Assembly: GCA_044892505.1 (NCBI GenBank)
Contig: CM097882.1
Coordinates: 471,386,001 to 471,450,000 of the forward strand
Direction: 5' to 3'
DNA: 64,000 nt
Origin: Schmidtea nova
Taxonomy: Eukaryota
Positions within the stretch are counted from its first letter, which is position 1. Each line of letters begins with the position of its first letter. A program made the position numbers and the translations under genes. The notes under the pieces were generated by a model. It worked only from the letters and a program-made list of their open reading frames with translations, did no database searches and was not told the origin of the DNA. Positions 26,501 to 36,399 of the stretch are shown here, one piece after another.

Positions 26501-27192
26501 CTTCACTATAACATTTGATACTTTAGCAATGGCGAAAAGAATGGGATTACCGAAACAGAGTATTGTAAGTCCTACAGATACATACAAGATACCGTTACCT
26601 AAATATACCATAGATGGTAAAATTTTGGAAAAAATTAGAATAAGGATGGAATACAAGGATGATACTGCATTTATACATACATTTGTCGATAATTTATACA
26701 TATCGAAACTGGATGAAATGCAATCATATTTGATTCAAAATTGTGCAAATATTTTTAAATCATTAGAATTGGTAGATGAGGCTTACTTCAAATTCAGTTT
26801 GAATCCTGATATTAGTGAAATAACCTTTGATAGAAACATTATAAAAACATTGGGATTAGCGAAAGCAACATAGGTTCGAGATGGAAACTTTAATTTGGGA
26901 ATAAATAAACCGAAAATAATTAAACTTCATCAGCAAATGTTCATTTACAGTAATATAGTCAATCCTATAATTGTTGGCGATTCATTAGTTCCCATGTTAA
27001 AATCGGTATGGATTGAAAAACGTGAACAAGACGAAGTTGTTCAAATACAAGATGAAAATACAATGTATTTATCGGTTTCAACATTTGTATAAACAATATA
27101 GAAAATTATATCCGAGATGATAGAGGTAATTTAAATAACTTTCCAAAAGATTCAAAAACTCATTTGACTCTACATTTTTGAAAAAACGATGA
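26500..27192 (+). pseudogene. Polinton/adintovirus minor capsid protein (penton), N-terminus missing
   Basis: C-terminal motif MFIYSNIVNPIIVGDSLVPMLKSV...IRDDRG...THLTLHF is typical of Polinton pentons. One stop at 26871 and a frameshift near 27090. Confidence 0.8.
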
Positions 27193-27544
27193 GTAATCCC
27201 GATATAATTTCAGTAATAGTCAAACTGGTGGTGAATTACCTTATTTGATAGGTAAACAGTATGGATCAGGTTGGTTGAAAACTACTGGAAGATTTGCACT
27301 TCCACTACTTAAGCGACTAGGTAGTTTTGGAATGAAAACTGCAAGAGATGTTATAATGAAAGATCAGAAAATATTGCCTTCATTGAAAACGAATGCTATT
27401 GAAGCTGTATCAAAGGCGATTCCATCAATTACAAATATGTTTTCAAAAAATGAACCGGAACCTGAACCGGTAGGACCAAGACGTAAAAGAGGTAGAAAAC
27501 GTATAAACAAACAAATGAAAGGTCATGGAACTATATTTGAATAA
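27189..27544 (+). pseudogene. Polinton/adintovirus core or membrane-active protein (QxGG...QxGxG motif, basic C-terminus)
   Basis: SQTGGELPYLIGKQYGSGWLKTTGRFALPLLK...RRKRGRKR. Lies between penton and major capsid genes with ATGA (27189) and TAATG (27542) stop/start overlaps; frameshift near 27200. Confidence 0.75.
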
Positions 27545-28762
27545 TGATTTGCGGTAAATCTAAATTATGTCTTTTTGATCGACCATCACCCCAAGCAGTT
27601 ATTGAATATGGGGTGTTTGAAGATGTGTTTCCAATGAATTCTATTACAGATAGTAAAAATGATGTTGAATTATACATTAATGGATCGGCAACCGAATATT
27701 TGGATTTGAACGATACTTTATTATCCATTACTGTTAAGGTTCTAGATAAAGATAAAAATAAATTAGCTGATGCGAGCGATGTAGTGCCTAATAATTAACT
27801 GTTTCATACTCTTTTCAAAGATGCGATTCTTGGATTTAATAATATAAAAATTGAGAGTGGAAACAATACATATGCACACAAGGCAAAAATTGAAACTGTT
27901 TTAAATTATACTAGCGATACAAAAGAAACATGTCTTACTCCAACGAGATACGGTCCAACTAATGATAGAAAAAATCGGATCAAGGGATCGAAACTTTACA
28001 ACATGTGTTCATCGTTACAACTTGATTTTATGGATCCACCTAAATACTTACTTCCCGGAGTTAATGTACATATTAGATTGAAGAGATCTGATTCTGCATT
28101 ATCATTGAAATCCGCAACTGGGAAACCGATAATCCAATTAGTAGACGCTAAATTAATGGTTCGAAGATTTAGATGTGAATCTTCAGTATTAGCTGGTCAT
28201 CAAATTGTTTTAAATCACAAACATGCAATTTATCCGCTAAAATCCAAAGAAATCGTATCGTTTGCAATCGGTAAAGGAGCATCGTCATTTCAAGGAGCAA
28301 ATATTTGGAGATAGAAAAATGCCTAATTTTATTCTTGTGGCTTTTCAAACTGAAAATCAATATAACGGATCTTATGCTGAATCTGCATCTACATTCAAAC
28401 ATTTCAATGTGACTTCATTATCATTATCGAAAAATACCGATTATCAAGAAACCTATACTCAAGATTTTGAAAATGATAATTTTAGCTTATCATATATGCA
28501 ATGTCTTGTCAGAAATTTAGGTTATTTGGATAAAAACTTAAATTGCGGTATAAGTCTGGATGAATTTAAAACTAAATAACCATTCTTTACACTTGTATTG
28601 GCTCCCGATTTTGATTTGAATCAAAGTCAAATCTCTCAAAACGGGAATATACGTCTAGATATAAAGTTTGCAAAACCCATTGAAGAACCGGTTCATGTAA
28701 TTATATATGGAGTTTTTGAAAATGAAGTACAAATTACTGCCAATCGAACCGTATTAGTTTGA
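27544..28762 (+). pseudogene. Polinton/Maverick (adintovirus-type) double-jelly-roll major capsid protein
   Basis: KSKLCLF..PSPQAVIE; EYLDLNDTLL; VPNN*LFHTLF; KIETVLNY; LLPGVNVHIRLKRS; KHAIYPL; FKHFNV; LAPDFD; GNIRLDIKF; VIIYGVFENEVQITANRTV follow the conserved PY/hexon pattern over its full length. Two stops and one frameshift. Confidence 0.92.
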
Positions 28763-28848
28763 ACAGTATAAATGACTTAAGTCATTATTATAATTATTAT
28801 TATCATGGAGTAAGTTTTTTAATTGATTAATTATTTATTTTTACTTAG

Positions 28849-28967
28849 TTTTATTCAGGTATTACAAGGAATGACGCTCCAAGAGTTCGAATCGGCATCA
28901 ACAATAGAATCAGATTTTTAGGTAGTATTTATTACTATTATTATTTATTATTTTACGATAAATTTAG

Positions 28968-29020
<53 letters not shown>

Positions 29021-30133
29021 AACAACAACATTAACAACAAGAACAAGAACAATGCTGGACATGTCGCATCATCATCAAGGATGGATGCATTTTCGTCAAT
29101 GGGACGAGCGAATTGTAATTTTTTTATTATTATTATTTAATTATTATTTAATTATCATTTTAGTTTTTATGAATAATGTTAATATGGACGCTGATGTCCC
29201 GAATAATGTCCCGAGTAATGCTGATGATGTCCCGAATGATGTCCAGAATAATGTCGCTGCTGTTTAATAATAATAATAATAATCTTGATGCCCCAATTTA
29301 TGGGAAGAACAAATGTAATAATTTGTTAAAATTTATTTTTAAATATCATTTAAAATATAATTTAAAATTAAAATATAATATATAGTACTTTGAATATAAT
29401 ACTTTTAACACATTTCGTAATTGTTTTTTTAAAACCATTACGAAATTAGTTAAAAATAATATATTAAAAGTAATAGTTTACATTACAAATATAAATTTTT
29501 TTATGAAATTGTATTATTATATACAGGAATTCTTTTTTTATATAATTAAACATTGACGATATAGTATTATTTTTATATCAAATTTACTTTTAACGAAATA
29601 TTATTGTTATTTTAAGAAATTCGTTTTTATATAATGAAACACTGACAAAATATTATTATTTTTATAAAAAACATTGAAGATATAGTATTATTTTTTATAT
29701 CAAATTTACTTTATATGGTGAAATTTTAACGAAATATTATTATTATTTTAAGAAATTCTTTTTTATATAAAGAAACACTGACAAAATATTATTATTTTTG
29801 ATATAATTTTTTATTTAATATACAATTTATTGATATAACTTTTTATTTATTTATTTATAATATTTATTATTTAAAATTTTTTAAATTCAGGTCGATTGTA
29901 CAAATATTTTTGCAACAGCAGGTTCCATAATGATTGTTATGTCATTATGGAAAAATACTACTCGTTGAAGTATAATACTGTTACCCACCTCCTATGTCCC
30001 ACATGTAAACTTATAGAAATATCTCCATATAGAGACTTCTTTGATAAGCACTTTAACCAACTTTCTCAGTTAAAACCTTCGAAGAAAATTTTATTTAATG
30101 AGATTTTTCTTCATTTTATTAATAATAATAACG

Positions 30134-30175
<42 letters not shown>

Positions 30176-30369
30176 ACAAAAACAACAACAGCAACAACAA
30201 CAACAACAACCAAATTAATCCTATAAATAACAATAATCGAAATAATAAAATAAATAATTTAAATAATAATAATACAAATAATAAACGAAAACATATTAAA
30301 ATACCGGATTCAGTTCCTAATAAATTACAAATAATAGACATCACTGATGATGAATTAATAGTCATCAGT
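28849..30369 (+). pseudogene. Spliced Asn-rich gene with a Cys/His (PHD/RING-like) exon, probably decayed
   Basis: Introns 28922-28967 (46 nt) and 29115-29163 (49 nt) are GT..AG and keep one frame. An exon after the AG at 29890 encodes C..RFHNDC...LLCPTCK followed by poly-Asn from (AAT)/(AAC) runs. Confidence 0.45.
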
Positions 30370-30539
30370 NNNNNNNNNNNNNNNNNNNNNNNNNNNNNNN
30401 NNNNNNNNNNNNNNNNNNNNNNNNNNNNNNNNNNNNNNNNNNNNNNNNNNNNNNNNNNNNNNNNNNNNNNNNNNNNNNNNNNNNNNNNNNNNNNNNNNNN
30501 NNNNNNNNNNNNNNNNNNNNNNNNNNNNNNNNNNNNNNT

Positions 30540-31290
30540 CCTTGGTAGCAGCATTAAGTATTAAATTAAATAATAAATAAGTAACAAAATAAGCCTTTGC
30601 TGCAAAAATAATTTTATTAAGTGAGAAAATTTTCGATTATCAAATAATCCTCGTCAATCTCTAATTCGGCAAATAACTGGTATCTTCATTCATTCTGTTG
30701 TTTCTTTTTTCGTGATTTCTCTTCCTTTTCATTGGATGTTAATCTGATTAATAAATTTTTTAAATTCTTAATTGTTTTTTTTAAATGTTTATTTTGTTAA
30801 AAATTTAAAAATATAAAATAAAAACTCCAAAATTTTTAAAAATTTTTTCTAAATTTCTTTTCGAATAAATAGATTTATCCTTTTTTTTAAATTTAAAATT
30901 TTTAGAATTTTTTATTGCCTGCATTCTACATTTTTAATTTTTTAACCCTTAATATTTGATTTTATTTTTTTATAATTTTACAATTTAATTATATTATATC
31001 TCTTTGAAAAGCCCATAAATTCTCTGTACTATCACTTTTCTTTCTCCATTTTTTATATCTTTCTTTTACTTTTATACTTTCTTATTTGTAGAACCACATG
31101 TTTTTTTAACAAGATAGTAAGTGGGCGATTTCGCTAATTTCCTCTTTAGAGTTAATTTTTGGGTGTTTGTCTCTAATGAGAATAGCTTCTTTAAGTCTGA
31201 GATTTTTTTCGTCGTTTTCGTTTGTCAATATTCTCAAAGTATTGCTGTTGCATTGATAGTGGAAATTATCAGAACTATCCATTTTCATAT
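30540..31290 (-). mobile_element. Penelope-like element family 2: GIY-YIG C-terminus and 3' terminal repeat
   Basis: ILTNENDEKNLRLKEAILIRDKHPKINSKEE is a GIY-YIG tail; the downstream repeat recurs at 55253-56153. Confidence 0.8.
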
Positions 31291-31362
31291 AAGATTTATA
31301 TAGATTTCGATAAATCCGTCTTTACGGCTTCCAGGCTTACTCGACAATCTCTCACTGCAGTC

Positions 31363-31578
31363 AAAGCTCTAGAAATGGTGAGAGAAATTCCAGCGGTTTT
31401 AGTTCTGATAGATCATTTATCTGAGATAATGTAGATTTAAGGCTCGATAAATTACTGTACCACGGATCTGATATTTTTTCTTGATAAGAACAAATTGCGT
31501 TGCCTTTCATTCTTCCTTTCATGGCAGCCAACAATAATGTTACTTCTAATTGAACGACATATTTAGCATCTTTCTTGC
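31363..31578 (-). pseudogene. GBF1: GBF1-like ARF-GEF N-terminal fragment
   Basis: KYVVQLEVTLLLAAMK...DPWYSNLSSLKSTLSQINDLSELKPLEFLSPFLEL matches GBF1 (IYIIQGEINIVVGAIK...DPLLHSFGHLKEVLNSITELSEIEPNVFLRPFLEV). Homology stops abruptly; flanked by ~63-bp direct repeats. Confidence 0.75.
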
Positions 31579-32169
31579 TATAGATTTCGATAAGACCGTA
31601 AAACGGCTTCCAGGCTCGCTCCACAATCTCTCACAGCAATCCAGCCCCGCAATTNNNNNNNNNNNNNNNNNNNNNNNNNNNNNNNNNNNNNNNNNNNNNN
31701 NNNNNNNNNNNNNNNNNNNNNNNNNNNNNNNNNNNNNNNNNNNNNNNNNNNNNNNNNNNNNNNNNNNNNNNNNNNNNNNNNNNNNNNNNNNNNNNNNNNN
31801 NNNNNNNNNNNNNNNNNNNNNNNNNNNNNNNNNNNNNNNNNNNNNNNNNNNNNNNNNNNNNNNNNNNNNNNNNNNNNNNNNNNNNNNNNNNNNNNNNNNN
31901 NNNNNNNNNNNNNNNNNNNNNNNNNNNNNNNNNNNNNNNNNNNNNNNNNNNNNNNNNNNNNNNNNNNNNNNNNNNNNNNNNNNNNNNNNNNNNNNNNNNN
32001 NNNNNNNNNNNNNNNNNNNNNNNNNNNNNNNNNNNNTGGCTTACAGACAAGGGAGTAACAACGCTCGTTTCACGCGTATTGAATGCGTACTGTTATCTGG
32101 CTTACACACAAGTGGGTCACAATGCGCGTTTCAGGCGCGTTGATTGCTACTGTTATCTGGCTAAAACAC

Positions 32170-32790
32170 ACACAAGGATATTACCATCATATTAAACTCT
32201 CAATTACCTTTTGTTTGATACATATTTTATATAGTTTTGAACCTTGGTCCATTTGAGGATCGACCATTCACCTTCAAGGGTATGAACATCTTAGTCGACT
32301 CCGAATTACCTTTTGTTTGATACATATATTATATAGTTTTTAAAATTTTGAACCCTGGACCCTTCGAGGGTCGACCATCATAATTAACTCTCAATTACCT
32401 TTTGTTTGATATATAAAATGTAAGGTTTAAAATTTTCTGAAGGTTTTAGACAACTTGAAGGTTGAGCACCCACCATAGACTTTCGAAGGTATGACCATTG
32501 TGTACACCTTTCCATTACCTTTCGAATGATATATAACATACAAGGTTTGAAAAAATGTGAAGGCTTTGCATCTTTTGAGGGTTGAGCATCCACCATAGAC
32601 ATTCGAGGGTATGACCATCATACTCACTCTTCAAATACCTTTCGAACGATATATGACGTACAAGGTTTGAAAAAATATGAAGGTATTTGACCCTTTGAAG
32701 GTTTATCACTCACCTTAGACCTTAGAGGGTATGATCACTGTATGCACCTCTCGAAAACCTCTCGAATGGTACCCTTGTTTGAAGGTCTGA
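32170..32790. repeat. ~120-bp degenerate tandem repeat
   Basis: The GGTATGA(C/T)CA motif recurs at 32488, 32608 and 32728; shorter degenerate units lie to the left. Confidence 0.85.
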
Positions 32791-34439
32791 CCTTATTTGA
32801 CCTTTAGAAATTCAAATTCAAATTTTGAATTTGAAATGAGTTATCGATGAGTCATTAAAAAATTTCTACCCTCCCCGTTGAGGTGACATCATTTCCTTTG
32901 TTTGGCGATGACTCATGCTTCACATAACTGCCTACTCCTTTAATTTTATCAATTCTCGATCTACTTTATCCTCGCACTACACCTATTTATTCCAAAAATA
33001 TCTCTTCAACACTCCTAAATTGTAACTTTCTCCTCGTCGTCCTATTTAGTTTAATGATAAAATGGTCCAAAGAAATCGATTATTCGGCCCAAACAGCTCC
33101 TAACCATTGGAGTCTCGTGACTGATGGGCCAACCAAGTCTATATTAAAATTAGTTTAATCGGTACAAATCAATTTGAACAAGGCAAAACAAAACAAATTT
33201 ATGGTTAATAATAAAATATTTATTATCGATTACAAATTACATAAAGCGCAGTTACAATTTAAGCATAATAGTTACAACAAGCTTTAAAAGAATACACAAA
33301 ATAAGAACATACTTGTTACTGTTGTTCCACACAATTGAATAGAAAAATTACTGGCCAGTGCTGGCTGACAGAATTGAAAATCATGAATTAACGCGTTACT
33401 GAGTTCAAAATGTATTCAAGCGTGTCAAAAGGTATCAAAGAGCGTGTTAAAATTATGAATTTTCAGCGTCTATTTATACTATTTTTTGGGTGACTCTACG
33501 CATTGTTCATTAAAATAAGAATGTTTAAAATTTAATTCATATATTTATTTTTATATTTAACTTTTATATTTTTCTAAATGGTTTATTTATTTATTTTCCT
33601 TAAATTTTATTTTATAATTTTTTTTATTTATTCTTAAATATTTAATTTTAATTCTATTTAAATAATGTGTGTATCCATATTTTAAGAGCGTTAATTTATT
33701 AATTAAAACAATCAGATTTAATTTCAATTCTATTTTCATTCCCATCTCCGCTATTCTTACGATTTTTAATGGGGATTTTTTCATAATTTTTAATAAATTA
33801 TTATTTTTATTTTGATACTAGTTTTATTCTTTGATCAAGCTTTTTATTATCAATAATTTTCCCCATTCAATTCTTGTGTGGTCTTTCGTAAGTAAATTTG
33901 ACTTGCACTCAAATTGTGTGCTCTCCCCTGAGATGCATCTTCTTCATTGTTTCTCCCTAACTCGACCGACTTATGAAAGGGGGTTCATATGACTACTATT
34001 TATCCTATTTTTTCATGCTATTTTCCAGTTTAATTTTCTTATGAGTTACCGTGTTATTTTAATTTTATTTTGACTTATTAAATCAAAATTTAGACCTCAA
34101 TTCTACCAGCCCAACAATATTAACACCTCACAACTTTTAAATTTTGAGTCAATTTCCTAAGAAACAGCAATGAAATCTTTTTTTAAATAAAAAAAAAGAA
34201 TTTGATTAAAAATTTTATTACTTTCGGAAAGTTAGATTTAAAAGAAAAATTGAAATTAAAAGACTTAAAAATATTTAAAATAATTTGATTATAATTTTTG
34301 ACAAGTATAATTTTTGTTGTTTAAAAATTACAATTAATAAATCGTATTTTGGAGGAAAGGTTGATTTAGATAAAATTGTGAATAAAAGTTTTATTTTAAA
34401 TTTATATTTCCTTTCTTATGTCCAAAGATTTAAAATCTA

Positions 34440-34663
34440 TAAAGACAGATGATGAAGCATTACTTTACACAGAAGAATGTATGAAATTAGAGTCCAATTT
34501 GTCTAAAGGATTCTCAAGGAAAGTATTTGCTCTTGAATTTATGAATAATTATGATGAAACTTTTGAAGCATACGAAAGAGTTTTATCCTTTGAAACTGAC
34601 AATGAATCATTTGTAATGAATATTAACGAATTACGAAATAGAGAAATTCAGAGTAGATATTAA
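34440..34663 (+). pseudogene. TPR-repeat fragment (STIP1/Hop TPR1-like)
   Basis: EALLYTEECMKLESNLSKGFSRKVFALEFMNNYDETFEAYERVL resembles [20 protein letters not shown] of STIP1. Confidence 0.6.
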
Positions 34664-35098
34664 GGAGGAATGTCGTTAGTTGCAACTTGTGAGATGTTTA
34701 AAACACTCTAAAGATTTTTATAAAATTATTTTAATAAAAAAAGTATTTTGCAAAGAAAACATCTCGTTTAAAATAAAAAGGATTATCAGCAAAGATTTTA
34801 ATAATTAGAATATTTAAAATTAAATTTAAAATGTACTATAAAAAAGTCTTATTAAAGTTTTTATTAAATATATAGGTTTATTAAAATATAGCTGAAATTA
34901 ATTAAAAATCGTATGTTGAATGTATGTATGAATGTTCTGTATGAAAATTCTGTCAAGAAAAATTACATATTTATTGGAATCTCCTAGCGTTGTTTTATTA
35001 ATTGTTGTAAAAAATACACTTGAAATTTTGTTAAATTAATTAATTATTTAATGATAGACACAATTAATACCCGAAGTTCGGGAAAAGAAGATACTAAC

Positions 35099-36138
35099 AT
35101 GGCGACCACGCTTTTGGCAAATTTTGTCGAACAACCGAAACATTTTGAAATGGGCCAAGATATCCACAAGTTCATAGCAGACATCGAACGTTTCTTCGAG
35201 ATATTAAATATCGAAGGCAGATTAAGAAATAACTTTGTGAGAGCATTTTTATCCGGAAAAGCCATCGAACTATATGATGAGATAACATCAGAAATGGGAT
35301 ATAAAGAAAAATATTAGGGCGTTTTCGAAACCATCAACGTTAATCGAAGATCTACAAGAAGCTCTGAATTATACGAAAGGTAAAGATAGAGTTAACGATT
35401 ATTGGAGGAAGCTGGAAAAGTTAACAGAAGGTATCCTCAAACATAAGATGGATAAAGATACGTTAATGAAGTTTCTACTGTTCCACACATTGGATGATAA
35501 GGAGATGAAATACGATCTCAAAATCCAAGACATAAAGCCTATCGGAGAAATAAAAGCGAGAATGGAGAAATTAGAAAAGATTAAAGACGAGTTAAACGAA
35601 ACCTACAGACCAATTGCAGTGATTTCAAGGAGAACATTTGCTGATACCGGTAAAATTCAGAATATGGAAAACAAAATGCCTGGTGCAAGAAGTAATTTTT
35701 CAAATCAAAACGTCATTCGACATGAAGCTAAACGCTGGGAGGGTAATAAACAAAGTTTTTACCCAAGGACAAGTGGTTTACGCCAAGGAAATCGAGTACA
35801 AGATAATCAATATAAAGGATATAACTACAACAGATATAGCAACGACCAGAAAAGAAAACAATATAAAGATGAGGAAGCTGGCCAACCGAGAAAATACCAG
35901 TGCTGGGCATGCAGAGAATGGGGCCATAGAAGGCACGAATGTCCAAATGTACAATGTACACAGTGCCATAAATAAGGACATTTCAAACATCAATGTTTTG
36001 CAATGAATAACTACAGATCCAGAGGACAGGTTGCCGGTATGGAAGAAGACTATGTGAATGACAACTACGAGGACCAGATACCGACCCCAAATGCCAAAGC
36101 TTTTGTGATGGAGGAGAGCACAAAAGCACAGGACTAAA
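35099..36138 (+). pseudogene. Gypsy gag with two CCHC zinc knuckles
   Basis: CWACREWGHRRHEC and CTQCHK*GHFKHQC; stops and frameshifts. Confidence 0.85.
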
Positions 36139-36399
36139 AGTATGTAATATTCTTGACAGAAACTGTATGTATGCGAATGATTGTGATTGTATGTTTGATT
36201 CTTGTGATTTTAATAGTAAATATTTAAATAATAATTTTTTTAATATAAATAATATTTGTGAATTAAATAGAAATAGTATATATGAATATAACTTTCAAAA
36301 TAGCGAATGTATAAGTTTAATAAATGAAATTAACAGCCACTATGATGCAAGTGGAAGTAGTAGTGAAGAAAGATTACTAACAATTGATTCAAGTATGTG

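Noticed and set aside
26475-26522. CYSEGKIITGK as the end of a first TBP repeat
   Set aside because: It overlaps penton coding sequence on the other strand and is too close to the next repeat; likely coincidence, so it was not used as evidence.
29222-29240. Other CTGATGA occurrences (also ~11600, 30344, 48543)
   Set aside because: No stem II followed by GAAA and no closing stem I; they lie in coding or low-complexity sequence.
33122-34116. Possible solo LTR bounded by TGATGGGC..GCCCAACA
   Set aside because: Flanks GTGAC and ATATT give no TSD and no PBS/PPT is adjacent; not supportable.
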